Positions 9,281 through 17,295 of a stretch of 64,000 nt of DNA are shown here, one piece after another. The translations under genes were made by a program, and so were the position numbers. The notes beneath the pieces are model-generated. The model saw only the letters and a program-made list of their open reading frames with translations. It was not told the DNA's origin and did no database searches. How positions within the stretch are numbered: position 1 is the first letter of the stretch; every line of letters starts with the position of its first letter. Origin of the DNA: an uncultured Pseudobdellovibrionaceae bacterium (GTDB lineage: Bacteria > Bdellovibrionota > Bdellovibrionia > Bdellovibrionales > UBA1609); assembly GCA_964453895.1 (NCBI GenBank), contig CAYVRZ010000001.1:124170-188169 (forward strand), given 5' to 3'.

Positions 9281-9984
9281 CCGGGTCCGAAACCTACACG
9301 TTAAAACCGATCGCCTGGCTCCGAGCCGAGTTTAAACAAAAATTCGGAACTCCGAGGCAGGGCTCACTGGCTAAGAATAGCCGGGCGCACGTGGAGCTTG
9401 CCCCGGAGTGGCGGGGGCGTGGAATTTTATCGGGCCTTGAGGGCTTTAGCCACGTTTGGATTGTGAGCTACCTGCATTTGAGTCATAGCAAACGCCAGCG
9501 CGGCAAAGTGCATCCCCCGCGCTTGAAGGGCGCCAAGGTCGGTGTGATCGGGTCGCGGAGTCCGCACCGACCCAACAATATCGGCCTCACTCTCGCTCGC
9601 GTGATCTCGGTGGAGAAAGATGTTTTGCAAATCGCCGAAGTGGATTTGGTTGATGGAACTCCCATTTTGGATCTTAAGCCGTACTTGGCGTCGGCCGATC
9701 GGCCAGAAACATTTACCTCCGGTTGGACCGAGAATGTCGAGTCCAATGCCCGCGCGTGCGAATTTTCAGCGCGAGCCGATCAGGACTTAAATAAACTCTG
9801 TGATGATCCGTCGCGCATTCGTGCGCTGATTGAAGAAATGCTGACGCAGGATCCAAGGCCGCCGGCCTATCTGGGAAAAAGTGATGCAAACTTCGCTGTT
9901 TGGGTGGCGGGATTAAATGTGAATTTTCGTTTTCACGACGAGAAATTCACTGTGGTATCGATAGAATCAACTACGCAACTGTAA
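9277..9984 (+). CDS. trmO: tRNA (adenine37-N6)-methyltransferase TrmO (TsaA/YaeB family)
   Basis: FGTPRQ...FSHVWIVSYLH...RSPHRPNNIGLT...DGTPILDLKPY are TsaA/YaeB beta-barrel signatures; C-terminal extension present. Confidence 0.8.
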   Translation: MTGSETYTLKPIAWLRAEFKQKFGTPRQGSLAKNSRAHVELAPEWRGRGILSGLEGFSHVWIVSYLHLSHSKRQRGKVHPPRLKGAKVGVIGSRSPHRPNNIGLTLARVISVEKDVLQIAEVDLVDGTPILDLKPYLASADRPETFTSGWTENVESNARACEFSARADQDLNKLCDDPSRIRALIEEMLTQDPRPPAYLGKSDANFAVWVAGLNVNFRFHDEKFTVVSIESTTQL

Positions 9985-10102
9985 GATTATGTCAGGTATT
10001 AGACTGACGCGCCGGTGCCGGATTCAAATCTTGCACAATCCAAAAAATTGAGTAGCGTTAACTTCGATAAATTAAAAAGGCTGATGGATGGGAGGGGGAA
10101 CC

Positions 10103-12010
10103 ATGCGATCAACTTTGTTGAGTATTGCGATACTCTGCGGGAGCCTTGTGGCGTGCGCGCCAAAGCATACCGGTTACAACTCCGAGAAACCCAAAGCGAC
10201 CGATCTCACAGAAAAGAAAACAGACGACAAAATTGAAGTTGGTGTTCCTCTGTCGGACCCCACGTGGCAAAAACGCTGGTGGATCGAGAAAACCGCGCGC
10301 GTTCTTCGGGCCGGTACGGGCCTCGGACCTAAAGATGATATCAATAGACTTCTCACGCTGAGCGAAGACCAAATCATTGCCGATATGATGAAAGACATTC
10401 GTTTTGCCGATGCCGTGTTGGACTTCAATATGTACTTTATGGGCTTTCGTGCCGACTCCCTGAGAGATGAAGATGGCAGCTACGCGCAGGCCGCATTCGA
10501 ACTGGCTAACGCGATTCAGTCGGCAAAAGCTGTGACTAAAAATGGCGACTATCTAAAGCTGTTTGAGTTTGATGCGGGGCTTTTTGTGCCCCCGTTGCGG
10601 ACGGAGTTGGAAGACGACGAAACTGGCCCGCTCGACAAAGCTCGGCGCGATATGATCGCCAAAATGGTTAAAAAATATAAAGATCTAATCAAGCTCGGCC
10701 GCGCCAAGCCCAAGCCCGAAGTGTTTTGCAAAGCCACAGAAGAGTTTCACCGCCACCAAGAAGAAGAGAACGAACTTTTTCACGGCCCGTTTGACCGGGT
10801 GGAGAATGTGCTCGAGCGCGGTGAGGTGCTGCAAGATGGACCCGATACGTCGAGCTGCCAAGACGCGAAGAACGCCGATATCGAAGAGATCGTCGACGAA
10901 CTGGAAGATCAGCTTCAGCAGTTTGAAAAAAGTTTTGCCGAAATTATGAAGCATGAGCCGAAGCTTTATAAACCGAAAACCATCAACGACATAAAACCAT
11001 TTGATGTCGGCGCGATCTCTTCGGACATCTCTGGGATGTTTATCGCGTTTAGCAATGAAATGAGCATCGCGCTGGCGAACTCGTCCACCAACATGAATCG
11101 CAAGCGCTCGGCTTATGTTTTAAAACATTTCTTTTGTGACGATTTAACGCCCGTCGGTTTTGAAAATCCGGCCGAGCACACGGGTGGGGCGCACGGCTCG
11201 CAAACCACCTGCTTCGCGTGTCACTACAAGCTGGACCCGATGGCCGGATTCTTTCGGATGTTCGGCAGCCAGTTTCAGGATTACTCCAAGCAAGACGAGA
11301 TTATTTTTGACGATAGCGTGACCACGCCGAGAGCGAGTTACGAAGACAACTGGAAGGCGCAGAGTGGCGCGCCGCGAACCTGGAACGTAGGCTACATTCG
11401 CTCGCCCGATCCGCGCTTCGACAGCAAAAATGATTACGGTCAGAGTCTTGCGGATCTAACTCGAATTCTGCGCTCGGCCCCCGAAGTTCGCCGCTGTTTG
11501 ATGCGTCGGCTGTTTGAGTACACAGTGGCCGAGAATCAGGTGATCGACGGCGCCTATTTGGACGACCTCACAAAAAAGTTCGAAACTGAGGCCGCCGCCA
11601 ACTCGACCACCGCCTTTAAAAATGCGCTCACGAGAATTTTAAAAAGCAAAACGTTCTCTGAGCCCAATCCCGATCCCGACCAGTGCTATGACCACGGCCC
11701 TGGGGGCGGGGCGGCCAATGCGCCTCCGTGTAGAGTGGCCGCGATCCTCGAAAGCTATTGCAAAAACTGCCACTCGTCGACGTTCGGTGCCGGGAGCTTA
11801 GACCTTACTAAGTGGATTCAGGCGCCTGATGGAAAGTTCACCTTTCCTCATCTCGATCGCAGCGGCCAGCAAGTGGACCGCAAAGAGACTTTCGCGTCGA
11901 TCGCCGATCGGCTTTCAACCAACGATCCGAAAAAGCGAATGCCTAAGGGTGGAACTATGCCGAGCCAAGAGCGGCAGCAACTTTATATTTGGGCGCAGGA
12001 GCAACTATGA
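10103..12010 (+). CDS. Lipoprotein with DUF1549-like C-x2-CH-x-K-x-DP motif and C-terminal PSCyt1-like c-type heme-binding motif (CKNCH)
   Basis: ATG at 10103 after GGGAGGGGG; MRSTLLSIAILCGSLVAC lipoprotein signal; central CFACHYKLDPMAGFF resembles the DUF1549 signature CxxCHDHKFDP; C-terminus CRVAAILESYCKNCHSSTFGAGSLDL resembles the planctomycete cytochrome-C domain (CxxCH...GGLxLD). Confidence 0.55.
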   Translation: MRSTLLSIAILCGSLVACAPKHTGYNSEKPKATDLTEKKTDDKIEVGVPLSDPTWQKRWWIEKTARVLRAGTGLGPKDDINRLLTLSEDQIIADMMKDIRFADAVLDFNMYFMGFRADSLRDEDGSYAQAAFELANAIQSAKAVTKNGDYLKLFEFDAGLFVPPLRTELEDDETGPLDKARRDMIAKMVKKYKDLIKLGRAKPKPEVFCKATEEFHRHQEEENELFHGPFDRVENVLERGEVLQDGPDTSSCQDAKNADIEEIVDELEDQLQQFEKSFAEIMKHEPKLYKPKTINDIKPFDVGAISSDISGMFIAFSNEMSIALANSSTNMNRKRSAYVLKHFFCDDLTPVGFENPAEHTGGAHGSQTTCFACHYKLDPMAGFFRMFGSQFQDYSKQDEIIFDDSVTTPRASYEDNWKAQSGAPRTWNVGYIRSPDPRFDSKNDYGQSLADLTRILRSAPEVRRCLMRRLFEYTVAENQVIDGAYLDDLTKKFETEAAANSTTAFKNALTRILKSKTFSEPNPDPDQCYDHGPGGGAANAPPCRVAAILESYCKNCHSSTFGAGSLDLTKWIQAPDGKFTFPHLDRSGQQVDRKETFASIADRLSTNDPKKRMPKGGTMPSQERQQLYIWAQEQL

Positions 12011-12573
12011 AGTACCTATTGAGTTTTCTAAGTGGCGTTTTACTTTTAGCGGAGCCAAGTTTCGCGCAACATTCTCAATACAAGGGGTTTGTGGCGATCG
12101 GAAAAGAAATCTCAACGCGTTTGGCGCCTGTGGGTCAGTCGATCGATATGTATGAATTTGTTCCGGCCGAGGGACTTGAATCGTTGCTTGGCACCTGGAT
12201 CAACTACGGATCTCAGCATATTTTTAAAAATGGCAGTCCGAACCCGGTAAACATGTTGATCTGGTATGTGACGTTGTCGGCTTTTGCCGACGATATGGGC
12301 GAATCGTGCGCCAGCCCACAGATGAATTTCAATCGCGAGTTTATCGCGACCCTCAATAAGATCTGCGACTGGCCCAAGCCGAAGGCGGCGAGCGAAGACG
12401 TGATGCTTGAGTTCTGGTTTGCGGTTATGGGCTACAATGCGCCTGAGACTGAATTTATTGAGTGGCGCGACTTTTTCTTGAAGTCTTCATATAAGGGCAA
12501 GACGGCCAAAGAAACTGTGTCGGCCATGACTTTGGCGATTACGATGAACCCGCATTTCTTGCTTTCACGGTAG
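12007..12573 (+). CDS. Hypothetical secreted protein (operon partner)
   Basis: ATG overlaps the preceding stop (ATGA); MKYLLSFLSGVLLLAEPSFA signal peptide; no known motif. Confidence 0.5.
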   Translation: MKYLLSFLSGVLLLAEPSFAQHSQYKGFVAIGKEISTRLAPVGQSIDMYEFVPAEGLESLLGTWINYGSQHIFKNGSPNPVNMLIWYVTLSAFADDMGESCASPQMNFNREFIATLNKICDWPKPKAASEDVMLEFWFAVMGYNAPETEFIEWRDFFLKSSYKGKTAKETVSAMTLAITMNPHFLLSR

Positions 12574-12578
12574 GGGAG

Positions 12579-13961
12579 TTGACCATGATGCAAACACGCA
12601 GGAATTTTTTGAAGTTGGGATTGGCAGGAGCCGGTTCGTTAATGATTTCTCCATGGGAGTTTGCATACGCGGCGAGGGGCGCAGTCACTGCGGCCACTGC
12701 GGCGGATCCGCATTTCTTTTTAATGATCGTGCTCAATGGCGCCGCCGATTCATCGTACATGTTCGATGCGCGGCCGCTGTCGATGACCAAAGCCGGGAAG
12801 ATTCAAAACTATTGGTCAAAAAACAATGAGGAGCCTTCGGTGTGGCAGGGGGCGAACGGGCAGACGTGCTTGGCGTCGTCTTTGATCAAGCCTCTGATTC
12901 CCTATAAAAATCGTTTTAGCATTTTAAATGGCGTGATGATGACGCCGACCTTTGACGGTCATTTGCAGAATATGAACTTTTTGTTCTCGGGCGGGCCGTT
13001 TGGCGGAGAATCATTTATCCCGCATCTCAATGCCGCAGACACTGGCGTGACGCCCGATTCGCTCGATGGTTTGAATGTGGGGGAAGAGTTGCCCGCCACG
13101 GTGTCGAATCATTCGAGCGTGGTGCCGCTCGATCCCGATGGTGTTAGCGAATTTTCAGCAAAGCTTAAAAAAATAAAACCGCCCAGTGGCGGAACCGAGT
13201 TGATGGACTTTATCCGCGGCCGAATGAGTACGCTCTCATCGGGAACGGGGCGCTTTTCAAAGGGCGCCGCACTGATGAGCGGCGGTATCAACGGCGCACC
13301 CGGCTTGCACGAGCAACTGACGCGCATCAAGGCGCCAAAAACGGTGATGAACCTGGTCTCAGATTGCTTTAAAAACGGCATCGCCCGATCGGCCATCTAC
13401 ACGTTCCCCGAGGCGTTCGACGTGCATGCGGCCGACGCGGCCAAGGCCCAACCGGAGCTATTCAAAACAGCGATCGACAAAATTGCCGACGTATTTAAGT
13501 CGCTGACCGACACTCCCTTCGACAGCAAAAAATCGATGTTTGATGTCACCACGGTTTTGGTTGCCACTGAAATGGGCCGCACTCTGCGCGTTCATGGCCA
13601 GCCGATCCATGAGACGGGCACCAACCACAATCAATTCAGCAATTCGATGCTACTGGCTGGCAAAGGAATTAAGGGCAACTACGTTGTGGGAGCGTCCGAT
13701 ATGCCCGACGAAAAAGCCCCAGTGTCAAAAGCGCATTCCACTGCCGACGCGATTTTAGAGAAAACTTTCGGCTGCCCATTCGATTTCGCCACGATGAAAG
13801 TGCGCCCCGATTTGCCGGAGACCTTTAAGATTGAGGACTACCTAACCGTGGGCTCGGTGGTAAATACCATCTACTCTTCATTCGGCGTCCCACAATCCAA
13901 AATGCGCACCCTGGGCAGAGACCTCCCCATCGCGCCAATACTCAAAGACCTGCTAAGCTAA
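12579..13961 (+). CDS. Tat-exported DUF1501-family protein (sulfatase/alkaline-phosphatase-like fold)
   Basis: Twin-arginine signal (TRRNFLKLGLAGAGS...AYA). N-terminal FFLMIVLNGAADSSYMFDARP and C-terminal VLVATEMGRTLRVHG...GTNHNQFSNSMLLAGKGIKGNYVVGASD match the DUF1501 consensus (vvfLrGGnDgln...; SEFGRT...GtDH...GGgvkGG.v.G). Confidence 0.6.
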   Translation: MTMMQTRRNFLKLGLAGAGSLMISPWEFAYAARGAVTAATAADPHFFLMIVLNGAADSSYMFDARPLSMTKAGKIQNYWSKNNEEPSVWQGANGQTCLASSLIKPLIPYKNRFSILNGVMMTPTFDGHLQNMNFLFSGGPFGGESFIPHLNAADTGVTPDSLDGLNVGEELPATVSNHSSVVPLDPDGVSEFSAKLKKIKPPSGGTELMDFIRGRMSTLSSGTGRFSKGAALMSGGINGAPGLHEQLTRIKAPKTVMNLVSDCFKNGIARSAIYTFPEAFDVHAADAAKAQPELFKTAIDKIADVFKSLTDTPFDSKKSMFDVTTVLVATEMGRTLRVHGQPIHETGTNHNQFSNSMLLAGKGIKGNYVVGASDMPDEKAPVSKAHSTADAILEKTFGCPFDFATMKVRPDLPETFKIEDYLTVGSVVNTIYSSFGVPQSKMRTLGRDLPIAPILKDLLS

Positions 13962-13968
13962 ATACTAA

Positions 13969-13999
13969 AGGTACCTGGTTCTTTTTTCGGAAGCGTCGC
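13969..13999. repeat. Degenerate solo copy of the REP-like motif that flanks the RAYT gene at 62.0 kb
   Basis: ggtacctggttcttttttcggaagcgtcgcg versus ggtaccaggtaccttttcggttcgcgtcat at 62016-62045 (shared ggtaccWggtWc...ttttcgg...cg...tcgcg). Confidence 0.4.
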
Positions 14000-14001
14000 G
14001 T

Positions 14002-14232
14002 TTAAAAGCGCCTGTGGTTCTTTTTAAGGTCAAGCAGCCCTTTCCAAAGGGCATCTACAATCAGCTCATTTTTTTTAAACTTTAATTGCTCGTCCGAAAG
14101 TCGGCCGTTGGCCAGCTTGTGGACTTCGGTGATCAGCTTCTCGAGTTTGGCCTTGTCGTCGGCCGAAACTCGAAAAGCCATCTGCGGATAATCCGCCGGT
14201 TTCTTTCGTGTGGGGCGGGCGTGCTTTGGCAT
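14002..14232 (-). CDS. Small hypothetical protein (possible ribbon-helix-helix DNA-binding fold)
   Basis: 76 aa; MAFRVSADDKAKLEKL resembles a beta-strand plus helix of the RHH type. Weak. Confidence 0.3.
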   Translation of the reverse strand: MPKHARPTRKKPADYPQMAFRVSADDKAKLEKLITEVHKLANGRLSDEQLKFKKNELIVDALWKGLLDLKKNHRRF

Positions 14233-14347
14233 GCCTTAACTATCGGAAGGCGCATTTAAATTGTAAAGCAATTTATTGCTAGACAATGGGCTAGAAAAAC
14301 AGCCCTCTACCGACTAAGAAATGTGAATTAGCCTGTGGATAAGTGTT

Positions 14348-14536
14348 TTACTTTTTCGGAAGAGAAGAAAAAGGATCCGAGTCGTCGACCGTAGATCCCT
14401 CTTCGTGCTCAGAAAGAGTTTTCTTGGCCGATTTGCCCGTGATGCCGACCCACTCAGGATGGCGGATCATCAAATAAAAATAACCCGCGAATCCCAAAAA
14501 AACTAAAAGCCCAACGATATAAACGGCGATTTCCAC
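14348..14536 (-). CDS. Small hypothetical membrane protein (1 TM)
   Basis: 62 aa, one hydrophobic helix, acidic tail. Confidence 0.3.
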   Translation of the reverse strand: MEIAVYIVGLLVFLGFAGYFYLMIRHPEWVGITGKSAKKTLSEHEEGSTVDDSDPFSSLPKK

Positions 14537-14540
14537 CGTT

Positions 14541-14825
14541 CTAGTTTCTGCAGTTGGCGTGAACTGTCAAGCTTGCTGCCCCGGGCGCAATCGTTTTGCT
14601 GCGGACTTTGTAAACGTGGTAACTCGCATATCCACGCTGGGTGCAAATCGCCGCAATCGACTCCTCTAAACTCGCGAGTGCTGACTTAAAGATCTGACCC
14701 TTGCACTCACGGTTATCTCCGCAATCGGCGAAATAGACGTCGTCTGTGATAACAACGCTCGAACCGCCGGTTGCAAACGCCGACACTGATACCACGAACA
14801 AAAGAAATATAAAGACATGCTTCAT
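14541..14825 (-). CDS. Small secreted Cys-containing hypothetical protein
   Basis: 94 aa; signal peptide MKHVFIFLLFVVSVSAFA; 4 Cys. Confidence 0.35.
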   Translation of the reverse strand: MKHVFIFLLFVVSVSAFATGGSSVVITDDVYFADCGDNRECKGQIFKSALASLEESIAAICTQRGYASYHVYKVRSKTIAPGAASLTVHANCRN

Positions 14826-14923
14826 TAAATCCCCCCTTAGAATGACAAGTAAGTACCACTGCCTTACACAATCAGCACGGGGAAATAATCGGTACAGTTT
14901 GTTAAAGTTAAGCCTGCGGCAAG

Positions 14924-15160
14924 TTACTGTGGCTTGCTTCTAAGCTTCCATATCATGTACGCGTGAAAAAAGAGCGCGATAACCCATTTTACCCAGATGG
15001 CCGTTGCCCCATGTGCGAAAGCATAAATGCCAGTCGTGAGTGAAGTAAATATTCCAAGCTTATGAAGATGGATCCGATTCGGGAGTATTATTGAAACTAA
15101 AAAAGACCCTGTCGACACCCATCCTATAATCTCGATTATAAGGGCTTCAGTGTTGGGCAC
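14924..15160 (-). CDS. Small hypothetical membrane protein (2 TM)
   Basis: 78 aa, two hydrophobic helices. Confidence 0.3.
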   Translation of the reverse strand: MPNTEALIIEIIGWVSTGSFLVSIILPNRIHLHKLGIFTSLTTGIYAFAHGATAIWVKWVIALFFHAYMIWKLRSKPQ

Positions 15161-15189
15161 TTAAGGCCCTTTGAATATGAGGTTTGAAT

Positions 15190-15414
15190 TCAATCCTTAT
15201 AGTCACGGTACCTCCAAAGAAATCTACCGACCATGGCTAGAGTAAACAAAATCGAGCCGGCCAAGCCATATCCATACCCTTCGCCTGGAAAGGTCGAATA
15301 GTTTGAGCCGAAGTATACGATCATGAGTTTGCCAAAAAGCGTAGGTAGTAAGAAAGCGATAATAAGATCTGAGAATTTAAATCCCCTTTTCTTATCCGTG
15401 GCTCTCTTTTTCAT
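15190..15414 (-). CDS. Small hypothetical membrane protein (2 TM)
   Basis: 74 aa; basic N-terminus then two hydrophobic helices. Confidence 0.3.
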   Translation of the reverse strand: MKKRATDKKRGFKFSDLIIAFLLPTLFGKLMIVYFGSNYSTFPGEGYGYGLAGSILFTLAMVGRFLWRYRDYKD

Positions 15415-15457
15415 TATTTTAAAAAGGTTCCATCCGTTCGAAGAAGGGATCGAAAAT

Positions 15458-15533
15458 TGGCTCAGGCGGAGGGACTCGAACCCCCGACAAAGCGGTTAAC
15501 AGCCGCTTGCTCTACCAACTGAGCTACGCCTGA
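15458..15533 (-). tRNA. tRNA-Asn (anticodon GTT)
   Basis: Reverse complement folds as a 76-nt cloverleaf: acceptor TCAGGCG/CGCCTGA, anticodon stem AGCGG/CCGCT, loop CTGTTAA, T-loop TTCGAGT, CCA encoded. Confidence 0.9.
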
Positions 15534-15582
15534 ACAAGTGATAGATGGCCTCAATGATTAGGGAATTTGGAACCTATTGTCA

Positions 15583-15604
15583 ACGCGTCGACACGTCGAC
15601 GCGT
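15583..15604. promoter_or_regulatory. Perfect 22-bp palindrome acgcgtcgac-ac-gtcgacgcgt
   Basis: 10-bp inverted arms with a 2-nt spacer, located 6 nt downstream of the K-rich gene stop and upstream of tRNA-Asn. No U-tract follows, so it is not a canonical intrinsic terminator. Confidence 0.3.
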
Positions 15605-15609
15605 GTGGA

Positions 15610-16143
15610 CTATTCGGTGGGAAGCTCGTCGCCTAAGTCAAAATCGGAGTCGGAGCCGATTCCGTCGCTTGGGCCAGAGCCCGAGCCAGAGTCGCTAGGC
15701 GCGCTGCTTCCGGAGGCCGACGATTCGGGAAAGATGTCATCTTCCATATCGGCTTTGGTCGTGGCTGCGGCCGTAGCCGGAGCTTCGGGAGCGCCGAGTG
15801 TATCGGGAGCCGGTGAGGAAACGACCGGGTCGTCGCTGTCGCTCGTGGGGCTTGGCTCACCCATGTCATTGAACGGAGCCATTTGCTTGGCGGCGGCGGT
15901 CGGCTTCTTTTTCTTTTTATCGGGCTTTTTGGCCGCTACCTTTTTTGGTTTTTTATCAGCTTTCTTGGCCGTTTTTTTCGCTGATTTTTTGTCAGCTTTT
16001 TTCGCGGTCTTTGCCGCCTTCGCGGCTTTGGCTTTTTTCTTTTCGCAGGCCTTGTCGCCTTTCGGGCATTTTGTCGGCGCTTTCGCAAAAGACAAACTGG
16101 GCACGGCAAAGAACAATACGAGGGCAAATAAAAATTTGATCAT
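15610..16143 (-). CDS. Secreted bipolar low-complexity protein: Lys/Ala-rich (histone-H1/AlgP-like) N-half, acidic Ser/Asp-rich C-half
   Basis: ATG at 16143 with GGAAGGAA SD; signal peptide MIKFLFALVLFFAVPSLSFA; then AKAAKAAKTAKKADKK...KKKKKP; then SDSDDP...DSDFDLGDELPTE. Confidence 0.6.
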   Translation of the reverse strand: MIKFLFALVLFFAVPSLSFAKAPTKCPKGDKACEKKKAKAAKAAKTAKKADKKSAKKTAKKADKKPKKVAAKKPDKKKKKPTAAAKQMAPFNDMGEPSPTSDSDDPVVSSPAPDTLGAPEAPATAAATTKADMEDDIFPESSASGSSAPSDSGSGSGPSDGIGSDSDFDLGDELPTE

Positions 16144-16217
16144 AAAAGTGATTCCTTCCACTTATAAACTAAGCGTAACGGGACGCGTGGGTTCTGTCCA
16201 CTTGGGCCGGACCCAGC

Positions 16218-16688
16218 CTATCGGCTGGTTGGACGAACATGAATGGGCAAATTTTTGAGAGAGGCGATGGCGGCTTCGAGCTGCGTGGATTTAAAAGTCT
16301 TATTTTTCCAGCGAAATAGCCCTTCGCCCGCGTTATAGAGGGTTTCCGGCGGTCCATTAACAAAAGCGACCACAAAAACTACGGTCGACGAGTCGACTTT
16401 TTTTACCGGTTCAATTTCAATTTTGCAGTTTTTCCCAAACCATTTCTCGACCGCGACCGGGTCTAGTTCTTCCAAATTTCCGTTCGCGCGGCGGTACCAC
16501 TTCATCTCATCCTGAACAATTCCCTGGCCGTCGCTCGTGGTGATAGATGCAACCCGCGTCGGGCACAAAATCATAGTCAGGTCATCGGGACCAAATTGGT
16601 TCAGCTTCCAAATCATGTAGAGAACGGCGAAGAACGAAAGGACCATAACGCCGATTCGAACCCAATAATATGTCGACAGCTTTTGCAC
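16218..16688 (-). CDS. Hypothetical membrane-anchored protein (start re-assigned to avoid tRNA-Arg)
   Basis: Listed ORF start (16745) lies inside tRNA-Arg. GTG at 16688 is preceded by GGAGAA and gives MQKLSTYYWVRIGVMVLSFFAVLYMIWKL (one TM) followed by a soluble domain. Confidence 0.4.
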   Translation of the reverse strand: MQKLSTYYWVRIGVMVLSFFAVLYMIWKLNQFGPDDLTMILCPTRVASITTSDGQGIVQDEMKWYRRANGNLEELDPVAVEKWFGKNCKIEIEPVKKVDSSTVVFVVAFVNGPPETLYNAGEGLFRWKNKTFKSTQLEAAIASLKNLPIHVRPTSR

Positions 16689-16709
16689 CGGTTCTCCGGA
16701 AGAAAAAAT

Positions 16710-16786
16710 TGGCGCGCCCGGAAGGAGTCGAACCTCCGACCACATGATTCGTAGTCATGTACTCTATCCAGCTGAGCTACGGGCGC
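16710..16786 (-). tRNA. tRNA-Arg (anticodon ACG)
   Basis: Reverse complement: GCGCCCG acceptor, anticodon stem CATGA/TCATG, loop CTACGAA, T-loop TTCGACT, CCA encoded. Confidence 0.9.
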
Positions 16787-16918
16787 CCGTCAAAAGAAAC
16801 GAATCCGTGTGTTGTAGACAACGGTGCGGCATATGGCAAGGTCTTTAGGCTCTGAGTGGGCTTGAATTTCCCTAGTCGCTATGGCAGTTTGGCCGATCAG
16901 GGTCAGTATATTCCCGCT

Positions 16919-17011
16919 GGAGAGGTGGGTGAGTGGCTTAAACCAACGGTTTGCTAAACCGTCTACGTGCTAAAACGCGTAACGGGGGTTCGAATCCCCC
17001 CCTCTCCGCCA
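16919..17011 (+). tRNA. tRNA-Ser (anticodon GCT), long variable arm
   Basis: GGAGAGG acceptor ... anticodon stem ACGGT/ACCGT, loop TTGCTAA; long extra arm; TTCGAATCC T-loop; CCA encoded. 93 nt. Confidence 0.9.
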
Positions 17012-17033
17012 AAGTAGTGAGCATGATCACTAT

Positions 17034-17078
17034 GCCATTCGGATATCGGATATCGAGATATCAGATATCCGATATCAG
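17034..17078. repeat. GATATC-rich palindromic element immediately 3' of tRNA-Ser(GCT); paralogous copy at 28322-28366
   Basis: gccattcggatatcggatatc-gagatatca-gatatccgatatcag: 13-bp inverted arms around a 9-nt centre. The same architecture follows the second tRNA-Ser. Confidence 0.6.
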
Positions 17079-17115
17079 TACCGAATTCAGAAGTCAGAGC
17101 TCCGAAAGGCTAAAG

Positions 17116-17253
17116 ATGAAATCAAATCCTAAGAAAAAACTGAGATCCAAGTCTGCGAACAAGAAGAAACTGATCAAATCTGGGATGTTGCGCAAGCAGG
17201 CCCATGCGAGTTCGCGAAACAAGAGAAGCCAAGCTCGAAGAGACCGCAAGTAA
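17116..17253 (+). CDS. Possible small, highly basic protein (45 aa)
   Basis: ATG with AAAGG 6 nt upstream; MKSNPKKKLRSKSANKKKLIKSGMLRKQAHASSRNKRSQARRDRK (about 45% K/R). Could be a ribosome-associated-type small protein or non-coding. Confidence 0.25.
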   Translation: MKSNPKKKLRSKSANKKKLIKSGMLRKQAHASSRNKRSQARRDRK

Positions 17254-17295
17254 AGGGTGCTGACTTAGCACTCCTTTCCCCCCCCCGCGCAATGC

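Noticed and set aside
15545-16258. 237-aa plus-strand ORF
   Set aside because: Antisense mirror of the Lys/Ala-rich gene (AAG/GCN codons read backwards give Phe/Leu/Ala runs). No start context.
17034-17078. GATATC repeats considered as a possible CRISPR array
   Set aside because: Units are palindromic halves of a single hairpin, with no unique spacers. Only 2-4 units, directly abutting tRNA genes, and no cas genes in the window.
16951-17115. N-terminal part of the listed 100-aa ORF overlapping tRNA-Ser(GCT)
   Set aside because: It overlaps a well-formed tRNA on the same strand. Only the downstream ATG-initiated 45-codon part is retained as a low-confidence call.
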